Below are positions 1-12,476 of a DNA stretch of 64,000 nucleotides, piece by piece. The DNA is from Mesotaenium endlicherianum (taxonomy: Eukaryota). The notes below the pieces were generated by a model. It worked only from the letters and a program-made list of their open reading frames with translations. It made no database searches and was not told where the DNA came from. The position numbers were made by a program, and so were the translations under genes. Each line of letters starts with the position of its first letter. Positions within the stretch are counted from its first letter, which is position 1. The stretch covers positions 1 through 64,000 of the forward strand of contig WELA01001729.1 in assembly GCA_009602735.1 (NCBI GenBank). The letters run 5' to 3'.

Positions 1-3000
1 GGGTCGATGTGCATAGTGTGGGGAAGTTCTAGCTTGAAAGCAACGAGGTTGACTTGCTGGATAATCTTGAAGGGTCCCAAATACTTGGAGAGAACTTGCT
101 GCCGGAAGGCCTGTTGTTCAGGGTAACATTCTTGGATGATAGTAACACGTTGTCACCCACTCTATACGTAATATCTCTTCTGGATCTGTTTGCCAATCTT
201 GCTTGAGCATCTTGCGCGTGTTGTAGAGTTTTCTTCGCTGCTGTAAGGGCTGCTTCTAATGTCTCCATAAAATCTGTGGCTGCAGATACTTCATCAAGGC
301 CAGCCGTGAAGCTCAGCGGCGTGGTTGGATGGAAGCCATAGTTGAGGAAGAATAGGGACTCTTGGGTAGAGGCCTGCGTCGTGTTGTTGTAGGCAAACTC
401 CAGGGGGGTCAAGTACATGTCCCAATCTTGCCCTCGAGTAGACACGTAGGTCTTTAGAGAGGTCTTTAGAGTATAATTCATACGCTCGGTTTAAATGAGC
501 CATCTTGGTAAGCCTGTCCACCACCGTGAGTATTGCATTATGGCCTCGAGGTGTCACGGGCAGGTCCACAATAAGGACCATTGAGATGTCCGTCCATTGT
601 CTGTTGGGGATTGGTAGTGGTTGGAGGAGTCCTCCCAACCTTTTGCGATGATGGCTTGATTCTTTGGCATGTGTCACAGCTCCTGCAGTATTCCTTGACT
701 TGCTTAGACATGCCTGGCCAGCAATAAGTCCTGGCTAGAACGCCCGTGGTCCTTAGGATTCCGAAGTGTCCTCCAAGAGGGTTGTCGTGTGCTTCTCGTA
801 GAAGCAAGAGCCGGAGGTCTAAGTTATTAGGAACACATCTCTGGCCCGTGTCTTGCCTCACCCAATAATTGCCTTCTTGCTTCTTGTATGGGTCCAAGGC
901 TGCTCCTCCGTTCTTGTAGTAAGGGTCTCTTTCATAGGCGGCTGAAAATTGAGCTTCCAGATCTGTCTTCAGCGATGTCATCACTGCGTTTAATTGCAGT
1001 CTTGAGAGGGGGTCAGCCGGGTATGTCTTGCCGGGCTGGTACTGAATCGTGGTGTTGTATTATTGCAAGTATCCGCACCATCTTGCTTGTCTCCTTGAAA
1101 AATACGGCTGGGTCTGGAGGTGCTTTAACGCCTCGTGGTCCGTGGTAACCGGTACCTTGCGTCCTTCAACGTAGCAGCGCCAAAACTTCAAGGCATGTAC
1201 AATCGCCAATGCCTCTCGCTCCGTGGTTGTTTAATTTTGCTCGCCCGGATTTCGCTTCCTTGACTCGTAGGCAATGGGCTGCAGTCCCTTGCCGTGGTCT
1301 TGAAGCAGGATTGCTTCTATTGCATAGGAAGATGCATCGGCGATGACGTGGAAGGGCCAATCTGGGTTTGGACTTGGGAGTATGAGCACCGGGGATGTGG
1401 TCAATCTTTGCTTTAACTCTTGAAATGCCTCTTCCTCTTTCTCGGTCCATGTATATAGCCTGTCCTTCTTGAGTAGATCTGTCAGGGGGGCTGCTATGTG
1501 CGAGAAGCCTTGGATGAATTTTCTGTACCAATTGGCAAATCCCAAGAATNTGTACCATTTGGCAAGTCCAAAGAATGACTGGAGTTCTTTCTTGGTCGTG
1601 GGGGTTGGCCATTCCTCCACCACCGTGGTCTTCTTGGGGTCCATCTTGATGCCATCAGCAGTCACGTGGAGACCTAGGAACTCCACTTCTTGTTTGGCAA
1701 ACTCGCACTTTGACTCCTTCGCAAATAGCTTGTTTTGCTTCAATACTTCGAGGACTTCTTTCAAGTGTCTCGCATGCTCTTCAAGGGTCTTGCTGTAGAT
1801 AAGGATGTCATTGATGAATACCACCACAAATCTGTCCAACATGAGCTGAAATATGGTGTTCATCATAGTCATGAAAGTTGCTGGCGCATTGGTGAGTCCA
1901 AATGGCAGGACCATGGACTCAAAATGTCCATATCTTGACGTGAATGCCGTCTTCTCTATGTCCGGTTCTGCGATGCAAATCTGGTGGTAGCCGCTCCGTA
2001 AGTCAATCCTCGTGAAGTACTTGGCTCCAACCAGCCGGTCCATGAGCTCATCCATGCGCGGCAGCGGGTATCGATTCTTGATGGTCATCTTGTTGAGGGC
2101 GCGATAGTCCACACACATCCTCAAGGTACCATCTTTCTTCTTGACAAATAGCACCGGGGCTCCAAATGGCGACTTGCTAGGTCGAATGAAGCCATGCTCC
2201 AGTAGCTCCTTGATTTGCTTCTTGACTTCGTCTAGCTCCGTGTATGACATTTTGAACGTAGGCCGAGAGATGGGCTTGCTTCCGGGCTCCAACTCTATCT
2301 TGTGGTCTACGAATCTTTTGGGGGGTAGGCCCTTGGGCAATTCCGGGGAGAACACTTCTTTGTAGTCCTCAAAGACTTCTTGTATCTCCTTGGGAACGGG
2401 GCTGCCTTCTTGACTCTCGATGTCTTTCTTGATGTCTTTTGGCGTGATCAAGGCCAAAAGAAGCTCGTGTCCCTTCCTCACAAGTCTCTTGAGTTGGAGG
2501 GCGGACAATAGTATCTCGTGTGCCGGCTTCTGGATGTCTTGGGTCTGGATATTCTGGATTGCGCGCAAAATACAGATTCTTGAAGTGATGTCATTCTTGA
2601 TCTTGATAGTACCGGTCCTCCAATCAACTTGGGGGTTGTGCTTGGTCAACCAAGGCGTCCCTAGGATGACGTCGTACTTGCCCAATTGCATGGGGGAGAA
2701 CACTACTCTATCCTTGAAGGACTTGATAGAGAGTGCCAAGGGGTACGTCTTCTTGGAAGGGGTAGTATAGGAGAATCCATCGGGCATCATAATCTCCTCG
2801 TCGTGGTCAAGAGTTCGCATAGTAATACCGTGCTTGGTGGCAAAATCTGCAGCAATGAAGTTGCCTTGAGCTCCGCTATCCACCAAGATGTGGACCTTCT
2901 CTCCTCCAAGGTAACCTCTCAAACTCATTGGGGCTGGAACGTCGTCTTCAACGGGGGTCTCCACCTCACTTGGCGTGTTGCCTTCTCGTGAAGTGGGTCT

Positions 3001-3042
3001 TGGGGTGGTAGGCTCCTGGCCTACCGGCGCTGTCCGTTTTTT
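1..3042 (-). pseudogene. pol: Family A pol (protease, RT, RNase H, integrase), disrupted
   Basis: ORFs 1231-3099 (LVDSGA protease, [19 protein letters not shown] with degenerate catalytic motif, ADASSYAI), 538-984 (HDNPLGGH...CRSCDTC), 294-677, 29-481; stops, frameshifts and a ~200-bp integrase deletion near 491. Confidence 0.9.
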
Positions 3043-4301
3043 GACAACTTTTTGGGGCATGAAAGTGCACGATGGCCCTTTTCCTTGCAATAGAAGCATA
3101 GTCCAGCCGTCATGAGAGCTTCTTTTTCAGCCGGGGAGAGTCTTGCTTTCACTCCTTGCTGGTTTCTTGCATCATAAGTGTCATTGGAGGGTCTTCCACT
3201 CTTCCGGGCAGCCGCGGGGTCCCTTTTAATAACTCCGATTTCCATGGGTGTGGGTCCAGATTCGGATGTGGAAGGGGCTGCGTACACCCGCGTCGTCGGT
3301 ACCCGTGAAGATGAAGGCACGGAGTGCTTGAAATCCAAGGTATCCACCTTTTGGGCCACTTCAATGATCTTTGAGAAGTCCGTCAAGTCGCGTAACTCCA
3401 CTTCCTTTGCCACCTTGGGTTTGAGGCCAAAGATGTAACGGTCAATCTTCTCCTCGAGAGACATGTTGGGGATCTCAAGAGTGAGGGCGTGAAATCTGGA
3501 TGTATACTCTTGAACGGACGTCGTTTGCTTGAGATGGTGGAGCTTTCCTCGGGCAATCTTCTCCGCATTGATGGGCATGAATTGCTTCTTGAGGGCCTCA
3601 CGAAAATCTGCCCATCTTGCATATGATGGTGGGGGCTCTTGGCCGAGCATGGGGTGCGCCATAGCTTGATATATAGCCGCTTGATAGTTACGCCACCATG
3701 ATGTTGCTGCTCCTCTAAGTAAGGTAACGGCAAAGGGAACGTAGTCCTCCTCGGGTACTTCAAGGAACGCGAGGTACGTCTCCACTTGGTAGAGCCATAA
3801 ATTCAGGTTGGCACCTTTCCCGGGGTTGAAAGTGTCGGGTTTGCCGGGCTTGATGAGTTTCCTTGCTCTCGTTGGCTCTTGTGGAGGCGCTTGAGCCGGG
3901 GCTGGATTTTGAGCATTGCTCGCAATAGGGGCAACCATGGCAGCCATAGCTTCTCTTGACGCTTGCACGGTTGCTTCATAGGTGGCCAAGCCCACTTGGT
4001 TGTGGACGGTCATTAGGAAGGCTGCCCACTCATTTGCGGGAACTCCTTGTGGTGGGGTCAACTTTGCTATAGCGGCTGCCACGGGATTTGACGGTGCTCC
4101 TCCTTGTGGTGCTTCTTGTTGTTGCAGATTTCCTTGAGTAGGCTCTCCCATCGACGCTGGAGGAGGGTGTGCTCCTCCTTGTGGTGCTTCTTGTTGTTGC
4201 AGATTTTCTTGAGTGGGCTCTCCCATCGGCGCTGGAGGAGGGTGTCTTGGAGAGGAAGGGCTTCCTTCGAAAGCTTGCTGTTGGTCTTGAGGATCGGCCA
4301 T
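3021..4301 (-). CDS. gag: Family A Gag (retrotransposon capsid domain plus CCHC zinc knuckle), intact 426 aa
   Basis: [46 protein letters not shown]; identical to ORF 16923-18203. Confidence 0.95.
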   Translation of the reverse strand: MADPQDQQQAFEGSPSSPRHPPPAPMGEPTQENLQQQEAPQGGAHPPPASMGEPTQGNLQQQEAPQGGAPSNPVAAAIAKLTPPQGVPANEWAAFLMTVHNQVGLATYEATVQASREAMAAMVAPIASNAQNPAPAQAPPQEPTRARKLIKPGKPDTFNPGKGANLNLWLYQVETYLAFLEVPEEDYVPFAVTLLRGAATSWWRNYQAAIYQAMAHPMLGQEPPPSYARWADFREALKKQFMPINAEKIARGKLHHLKQTTSVQEYTSRFHALTLEIPNMSLEEKIDRYIFGLKPKVAKEVELRDLTDFSKIIEVAQKVDTLDFKHSVPSSSRVPTTRVYAAPSTSESGPTPMEIGVIKRDPAAARKSGRPSNDTYDARNQQGVKARLSPAEKEALMTAGLCFYCKEKGHRALSCPKKLSKNGQRR

Positions 4302-4325
4302 CTTCTTGTGCTACCAAAGTGCCTA

Positions 4326-4337
4326 GCTCCGATACCA
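4326..4337 (-). promoter_or_regulatory. Primer-binding site (tRNA-iMet type) TGGTATCGGAGC of A1
   Basis: 1 nt from the LTR end CA. Confidence 0.9.
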
Positions 4338-4338
4338 C

Positions 4339-4828
4339 TGTAGTGAAACAGATAGATAAAGTACTTAGTAAAACAGAATACTTTATCTATTCAAGACAAG
4401 GATCTTTGAACAGAAGTGGTAGCTTCTTGAAAGATAGATGGCTTCTTGAAAGTTAATATATTTCTGGATTTTGGCAAGTACAAGAGTGAGTCTGGAATGT
4501 CTTTCTATGTTTTAGCTCTTGTTTATATACTTGCTACATAAGTAATTTCTAGGAAGGTGTATGTTGATGTGTTGGCACCCAACACATCCCAAAACTTGCC
4601 ACCTCTTTCTAGAATAATGTACACATGTCCTTTTGACCTAAAAATGGCACGTTTGACTTTTGCCACATGGAGTTCTTTTGGGTCCTTCCTCTAACTTCAA
4701 AAATGCCTCAAAAGGTTCAAAGGACATGAACCAAGTCACTAGAGTATCTCTTCACACTTGACTCCACACAATAATACTCCAATATATTCAAAAGCATTTA
4801 ACTATATGCAAAGTAATACACTTTGACA
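4339..4828 (-). repeat. 5' LTR of A1 (outer boundary approximate, U3 end diverged)
   Basis: Reverse complement of A2 LTR up to ~4817; possible TGTCAAAG terminus at 4828. Confidence 0.8.
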
Positions 4829-5577
4829 AAGTAAGTAAACTCGCATTGAAAGGGGCAGAGTGCCCTAGTGGAAGCGTAGTGACTCACGAGGAAAAGAACT
4901 AGTTGCAATTATACTAAAGAGTGCAGCAGTATATCACTAAGAAAGCTTAGGAAAATTACTTGACATTTTGATTAGCAAGAAACTGCTCACAAATGATGTA
5001 GGATGGAAGGTCTTGTCATTACAAACTCGTAGAAATTTACAAAAGTGAAAACTGATACAATGAAGTAGTTATGCCTATTTATAGTATTCTGATCTAAGTC
5101 CTCCTCTCTAGACGGGAGGGCTGCTTAGCAAAGTGTTTGTCAAATCGTCCCTTTCAGCATATTTGTGAATAGGCCACATCAGTCTCATCTGACGTGTGGG
5201 GTCGATTTGACGTCCACATGCATGCATCGAAATATCTAGATTATACTAACTTAGACGCGCTAGGCTAATCCGAAACTTCTAGGTAAATAGACCTAGTCGG
5301 CACTCCGCGTCAGCCGAACTTACGTGAAGGTTCGAGTTCACTCTAACGGGCCAGATCGCTCGACGTTGTCGGTCAATCCGACGGACGCGCTCACCGCGAA
5401 TTAAGAACAGTTGTCAACGGACCTCAAACTTCAGAAATCCGTAACTCTCTCAATACTGAACCAAACTCAGTGACCTTTATATCAAAATGACCACAAAAAT
5501 GCACTCTACAATTTCATGCAATCAAAACATACTGTCATTGAACTCAAAATTGCACTTTATAAACCTATGACCTTACA
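4829..5577 (-). repeat. 3' LTR of family C (partial, cut by A1)
   Basis: Begins TG immediately after polypurine tract GAGGAGGGGGATGA (5578-5591); non-coding; second LTR not in window. Confidence 0.65.
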
Positions 5578-7679
5578 TCATCCCCCTCCTCAAGATGCGA
5601 CGTCCTCGACGCATTCTGCAGATAACGTCTCAACTTACTCTTACAATGAGTCAAGTTGGCCTCCGGCTCCNTCCAAGTGTTGTTGTCCGCATGGTAGCCT
5701 TTCCACTTGACCAGATACTCTTGAACAAATCGTTGACCTCGCTTGACTCGTCGATCGCCGACAATCGCCTCCACTTCATACTCCAATACGTCATCGATCT
5801 CGACCGGTGGTGGCGGTGTAGGTAGTCGTCCTGGATGTCCTTCATTTGGATCAACTTATGCCCGCAAACAACTGACATTGAACACCTCATGGATACGCCA
5901 TCCTGAAGGAAGTTCCAACTTGTAGGTCACTGGATTAACCTGCTTGAGTACCACAAAGGGACCTGTAAATCGTGCCCGCAATTTCCTCTTGCCCGTGAAA
6001 GGTAGATTCTTTGTTGACAAGCGTACTTTGTTGCCCACATGAAACGTGACTTCCCTTGTGCTTGTTAGCATGCTTAACCTGCTCCTCTTGTGCTTTCCGA
6101 ATACACGTCTTTGCCATGTCCCAAGTCTTGGCCATCTGCTCCATAAACGCTTGTTTAGTAGGAACCTGAGTCTCCTTAGCCTTCTCCAACAAGATGTCCC
6201 CTGGATGATATACTTCTCTCCCATATACCACAGTGAATGGTGACTGCTTGGTCAATCCCTGCATGCTGTTGTTGTAGGCAAACTCCAATCCTGTCCCACT
6301 CTGAAGGGTCTTCCATAGTGACACTCCTGAGCACCTCTTGCAAAGTTCTGTTGAGCCTCTCACTCTGCCCGTCTGTCTGAGGATGATAGGAAGTGCTCAT
6401 ACCCAGCTTGGTCCCCATCAAAGTAAACAATGACCGCCAAAAGTTGCTAGTATACCTTGGATCCTGATCTGAAACAATCATCTTCGGCAATCCATGTAGC
6501 CTAAAAATATGATCAAAGAACAGCCGTGCCACATCTGCTGCCGTACAAGTCTCCTTCATGGGAATGAAGTGTGTTATCTTGCTGAGTCTATCAGACACAG
6601 CCCATACTACATCGTGCACTTGACCACTCGGTGGTAAAGATGTGATGAAGTCCATAGCAATCTTCTGCCAAGGATACTTTGGAACAGGCAGGGTTTGCAG
6701 GGTACCTCCCTTCTTTTGATTTGGTGTCTTGTTACGCTGGCACGCATTGCATCTCTTGATTCACTCCTCGATGTCCTTGTCCATATTTTTTGAATAGTAC
6801 TCTCGCTTCAGCACGCTTGTCGTCTTCTCGCTTCCAAAGTGTCCAGCATATAAGCAATCATGATGCTTCGCAAGTAGTAGGTCACGTAGCTCCTTGATGT
6901 CAGGTACCACCATTCTCTTGGAATCACCATAATACCATATGCCGTCCTTCTTCTGCATACTCGAGTTGAACTCAGCTGCTCCACCATCAGCAAACTTTGG
7001 GTCCTCCTCAAAGCCTCTCTGAAGCTTCTCCTTGAAGTCCATACTCTCCTTGATGACTGAGATAGCTGCAAGGTCACACCTCCTGGATAAAGCGTCTGCA
7101 GGGTTGATCTTCCCAGGTAAGTACTCAATCTTGTGGTCAAACTGTCGCAGAACCTCCATCCGCCTTGCTTGTTTTGGTGTCAACGTTGGCTGCGTCATGA
7201 ACTTCTCCAAGCTCTTGTGGTCGGTCTTTATGAACACCTTTCGACCGTCCATATAACATCGCCAATTCCTCAAAGCCTGGATAATAGCCAACATCTCCCG
7301 CTCGTGCGGTGCATAATTCTGCTCCGCAGGACTCAGCTTCCTGCTCTCATATGCCACAGGCTGCAATCCTTTGCCCTGGTCCTGAAGAAGAATGGCTCCC
7401 ACTGCGAAATTTGATGCATCCGTGATGATGGTGAAAGGAAGCTCTGGACTTGCAATTGCCAACACAGGTGCCTGTGTCAACAACTCCTTAATCTTCTCGA
7501 AGGCTTGCTGCTCCTTGTCACCCCATAGCCATTTCGCCTGCTTCTTTAACATGTCCGTGAGCGGTGCACACACCTCGGCAAATCCTTCAATGAAACGTCG
7601 ATAATAAATTGCCATGCCGAGGAAGCTCCTGAGTTGATAAATGTTGGCAGGTACCGACCAATCTCTGACTGCTTGCACC
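5565..7679 (-). pseudogene. pol: Family C pol 3' half: RT thumb, RNase H, integrase, chromodomain
   Basis: ORFs 6761-7678 (TDASNFAVG, TDHKSL), 6176-6655 (MDFIT, YHPQTDGQSER), 5856-6224 (GPF), 5565-5786 (YEVEAI...YLVKWKGY...TWE). Confidence 0.9.
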
Positions 7680-10600
7680 CAAGGTTGCGCCGTACGCCGT
7701 ATTGGCTGACCCTCGTACGCTTAATTAAGCGTATTGGGTCAGTTCGTCGTATTAAGCGTACGAATTTTTGACCCACACGTGCGCGACGTCAGGTTCACGT
7801 TCGACGTCCGATTTGTCTGCTAGGTTTGGCTCAGTGTTTTGTTTTTTTTCCAAAAACTCGTCGACCGCGATCAATTCACAAGAGACCAATAAAAGCTTTC
7901 CAGAAGTTCCAACGCTTTGCAGCAACGGTGGCAAATTGCTTCATGACGAAAGCATAGATGGCTAGAAACAAGAGACAATCGTGAGCAGGAGGGCCTATTC
8001 TTAAAGCTGTAGCTTTCGCAATTCTCGATCCTCAGTGCACGAATACGTTATCCCCCATCTCAAACCAGATAATAGTCTCCAAGGCATACCTATTACATAA
8101 GCAAGACTTAATACTACTGACTTTAACGACGTACTCCAAGACAAGACACTGATACAGCTCTTTCTGTTGCAAATGTCACGACATGTTGATTGCCTTCTTC
8201 ACTGGCATATATAAGACTGCTCTCCTGCTGTTGTCCGTGCAAGTGATGAGTCCCGTGGGGGATTGGGTGGGAGTGGGGGCACGGGAGGTGGGGTTTTGGG
8301 TGGGGTGGGGGTGTGCTAACATCTCAGCCTCAGCTGTCGCAGGAGTGACCGATCCGAGGACCGCCTCTTAGTTTAGTTCCTTTGCTTGCTAGGCACTTAG
8401 CTTGCAAGTCAATAGCCAGCACATGCACAACTGCGCATGAGCTTAAAGAGCTGCTTTTTGTTCTTAGATCCTCCTCTATGTGCAGGCCCAGCGTGGGCTC
8501 AATGCCGGCACGACAGCACTTCATGGGCCCAATGGACTCGGCAATACTTCTTGGTCCCTACTGTTGGACCTGCGGCCAAGCCATCTCTGGCAATGGTCCT
8601 GGTTTTGACAGAAAGAGGTGCGGGGTGTTGTCATCGTTTCATGCAGATGGTGAAGGGCAGCTTTACGGGAGTGTGTTTTCAACGGAAGTGAGGTTTGCTG
8701 CAACAAGCGCCCAAGTACGTGCAGCTCGTGATGCTGGTGGGGCCGGAGGTAAGTTGGTTGCATCCTCTCCATTCTTACCTTGTACTGGCACCGACGGGTG
8801 GGGGGGGGGGGCGGGGTCCAACATGCAGCCGTGCTTTTAGGATTTAGGATGTGCTTGTACCAACGGGTCGGCGGGCAGGCGCGCATGCACATCTGCTTAG
8901 AGGACACAAGAGTGCGTGCGCCAGAGTGAGACTCCCTGCCTGCACTGCTTCTGGCTGGCAGCATGTGACGCGCCTATGCTTGGGGCAAAGCCAGCAGTGT
9001 ATGATGCGCCTGCCCCCCTCTGGCTTCCTGTGCGCAGGTGTGTGCTGGGGGTGATTCCACTGGGCAGGGGCGCTCTTCTGTGGAAACCACGGGCAGCCTC
9101 CCCAGCGTGTGGGGGAGGCTGTCCAGGGGTTAGTACGGGGGGCGCCCACATTGCCAGTCCCCCTCTGCTTCTGCTGGGGGGGGGGGTGGGGCGACGGCGG
9201 CTGGCGCCCCCTACCTTCCCCCGGTCTAGTGCGTACGGGGGGCAGCGATAGCCGCCAACCCCTCTTGCTTTGATGTAGGAGGTGGGCTGTCTGGGGGTTG
9301 TGTGCGGGGCTCCGACGGCGGTGGCGGCACCCGTTTTGGCCGGGTGTGAGGGGGGGATGGCGCGCACGCGTGCACTTGTGCCCCTGCATGAATGTGCGAG
9401 CGAGCAGGGGGTGCGTGCGTGAATATCTTCATGTTCCAGCACATTGCGGTGCGTGCATTCTCCCCCTCCTCCACTATGTACCTGTGCATGTGTCACGCTC
9501 TCCGTCTTGCTGCAAGCCGGGGAAGGGGTGCTCTTTAGGCCATCCACGAAGGCACGCCAGTGGCCAATCAGCGTGGCTGTGCTGGTCTTGCACTCTTCCA
9601 AAAGCAGGGATCCTCTTCATGCAGGCTTCCCCCCCTCCTTGTTGTATGCTCTTCTTTGCTTCCTTCTGAGCTAGCTGGCTCATGTGGGGGTACTTGCTCG
9701 TCTAACCTCTGTGGCATGTGCTTTCAGACACGGTGCTGCCCACTTTCTTCTCTTATGTAAGGTCCTGGATGCTCATGCACAGAAAGCTGCACGCTCGCAT
9801 TGGCCCTGCGTGCTCGCGTGCTACGTGTGCATGCTCTTTCTGTCAATCCATTCTTCCCCTCATGGGCCTCATCTTGCGTGGCTTCTCGCCTCACCTAGCC
9901 TCGCCTCTTGCAAGCCCGCACCTGAGAGGTCGTCCTGCACCGTTGCAGCTGGTGATGACGCTAGTAATGAGCACGCTTTGCTGCACGGCCGTGAAGGTGA
10001 CAGACCAGCGCGTGCGCCTGGTAGCGAGGTGCTGACGGGCATCCGCGTGGTCAACTTTCAAGTACAACGGCTCGACGTCGTCGTTTTTGGCGCGCCTAGC
10101 CAGCCTGCACAAGGCAGAGATGGGCCGCACCGTCGGCGTCGCCTACCTGCTTCCGCCAACTCCACCGTCATGGTGCGCATTCTAAGTCCCGAATCTCCTC
10201 CCCTCTCCACGCGTCTTCCACTTTCCCACCTTTTCAGGCATCGACATAGGCGTGGGCAAGCAAGCACTGTTCACTGGGGGCCTACGGATCCTTGTGCCCC
10301 TTTTTGGGCAGTAACTGGTACTGGTCATTGGATTTGCCTGAGTTTCTTGCTTCCCACGTACCTGCTACCTGCCTTGCACTGTTGCTTTGCGAGGCAAGGA
10401 TGGCGTAGCTGTGAGGGCCAGCCTGGAGCATGCCGTGAGCCACGTGGCATGGCGCGACAAGCGCAGTGCACCTTCTTTGTCAAATCGCTTTTATGTACTT
10501 CAGCTGTGGCATGTCACTTTGGGGTGTTGCTTAGAGCTGGCGTGGTGTGTGGACACCTGACAGTAGTGGAGCAGAGCTGCCCGCACTCTACACGGCTACA

Positions 10601-11958
10601 TGCGTGTTCTTGCTGTTAGTTTTCTAGAGCATTGGCGCTGCCATGCGAGAGATGTGAGAGGTGGCTTTGAGGGAGGAGCAGGGTTACTGGTGTGCTCCAT
10701 AGGTGCGTGTGTGCGTGCGTTGTGTGTGTATGCGCTTGTGCAATTTGCCTGTCACTACAAGTCTGCAATACATGTGCGAGGCATTGCAGTGCATGTGTGG
10801 CCCCGTGCAATTCCTGACTCTCAACGCATATGTCTTGTTGTTGGTGCTGCTGGGGATGCTGTTGTGGCTGCAGGTTGTCAAGAAGCTGAGAGCAGGAGTG
10901 GCTGCGGCGCCGCACCGCCAGGCTGCAGCGCGTGTCGTGCTCGTTGGGTACCCTATTGCGGGTTGCCCCTACGACGAGGGGCTGTTGCGATAGGGGCAGC
11001 CCGCAGCAGCGCGCCCAACAGCATGCCAATGACTATGCTGCGCATGCCGCCACGCAACAGCGTGTGTAGTGCTCGTCGGGCACGCTGCTGCGGGTTGCCC
11101 CTCGTCGTGGCTATTGAACTCTATTAGCTATCATTCTTCACTTTACATTAGTTGGAAAAAGTAATCATGACAACGGTAGGATTTGCATGTCATTTGTATG
11201 ACCATTCCTTTGTAACCATCTAAGGTTGAACAAAAACAAAAAAAGTGCTAGGATATCTATATTTGCACACATGTGCCCAAAAAGCGGTCCATAATATATT
11301 GACCAAGTATAAGTTGCAACTTGTTTATTAATAATTACTGCGCATACGTATGTTCCGATAAGAAGTATGTACGTGTAGTTGGATATCATATCACTTACTA
11401 TAACAACATCCATGACATTCTCATGGACAAGAAGAGAACAATAATTGCATGTGAAGACCAGCGTAGACACAGCTAGCTGCAAAATGTCTAAAAAAAACAA
11501 TAAACCACAAATGAAGGATGAGATANCCACAAATGAAGAATGAGATAACTCAAAATGCCAAATACCACATGAAACCCAATGTAGACTTGTTTAAATGAAG
11601 GAGCACTACCTCTTATGGACGTAGTGGCTAGTTGCTCTCATATTAGTGTGCAATGTTCCAAGTTCACATCTCGTTAGTAGCAACCGCAAGATAAGTATGC
11701 CAAAAAAAAAAGTCTGTTTCAAAAGTTTTTCTGGAACACTTTTTTTTTTTTTTTTTTCTCCTGTTGAATAAAGTTTTGTTGCGTACAGTTGTACTTACAC
11801 GCGTGCGACGTTACCGTTGACGTTGTAACTAAACGTCGTGACGTCGACATTAGCACGTACTAAGCGTATTAAGCGTACTGAACCATTTTTGTACACATCG
11901 AACTTAGCGTACTAGCGTACGAAGCGTACTAAGCGTACAAGCGTACGGCGTAACCCTG
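7680..11958. mobile_element. Non-autonomous hAT-superfamily DNA transposon, 4279 bp
   Basis: 18-bp TIRs CAAGGTTGCGCCGTACGC (7680) / CAGGGTTACGCCGTACGC (rc of 11941-11958), 8-bp TSD CTTGCACC (7672-7679 and 11959-11966), subterminal AAGCGTA repeats; splits family C RT; no transposase seen. Confidence 0.88.
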
Positions 11959-11966
11959 CTTGCACC

Positions 11967-12476
11967 TTCTTCTGCTCCACCTTGACTCCTTCATCTCCCA
12001 CTATATGTCCAAGAAACGCGACTTCCTTGAGACAGAAGTCGTACTTGCTCATCTTCCCATATAACTTCTGATCTTTCAAGACCTCCAACACCTTCCTCAG
12101 ATGCTCCACATGCTCTTCCAAGGTCTTCAAATGGATCAAAATGTCGTCCAAAAATACCACCACAAACTGGTCCAAATAGGGTCTAAAGATACTATTCATC
12201 AGTCCCATAAATGTAGCAGGTGCATGAGTCAACCCAAACGGCATGAGTGTGAACTCGAATAAACCATAGCAAGTCCTGAAAGCAGTCTTCTGAACATCTC
12301 CTTCCACAATTTGTACCTGGCGATAGCCACTCCTCAAGTCGATCTTCGAGAAATACTTCGCCCCGACAAGCCTGTTAATCAACTCGTCCACTCGTGGAAA
12401 TGGGTACCTGTTCTTGATGGTGACCTTGTTGAGAGCCCGGTAGTCGACACACATCCTCATAGTCCCATCCTTCTTC
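11967..12476 (-). pseudogene. pol: Family C RT core
   Basis: [11 protein letters not shown]...[10 protein letters not shown]...MPFGLT...FLDDILI; continues into 6761-7678 once the hAT is removed. Confidence 0.92.

Larger units (their letters stand above)
1..4828 (-). mobile_element. Ty3/gypsy chromovirus family A, copy A1 (3' part runs off the window start); inserted into the LTR of family C
   Basis: LTR from 4339, PBS 4326-4337, gag, then PR-RT-RH-IN order; near-identical to full copy A2 (16386-23064) in opposite orientation. Confidence 0.93.
4829..12476 (-). mobile_element. Ty3/gypsy chromovirus family C, 5'-truncated, interrupted by hAT element
   Basis: RT 11967-12476, RT/RH/IN/chromodomain 5565-7679, PPT and LTR start TGTAAGG at 5577. 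Confidence 0.85.

Noticed and set aside
1524..1576. Short duplications around single N bases (also 5671, 11526, 40050, 40611, 62119)
   Set aside because: Pattern of contig or haplotype joins; treated as assembly artefacts, so frameshifts there may not be real
8330..11127. Many overlapping 100-300 aa ORFs in the hAT interior as genes
   Set aside because: Low-complexity, all frames open because of high GC, no recognisable motifs
11165..11530. Hydrophobic 121-aa ORF or hAT transposase C-terminal relic
   Set aside because: AT-rich composition effect; only a vague motif resemblance, not supportable
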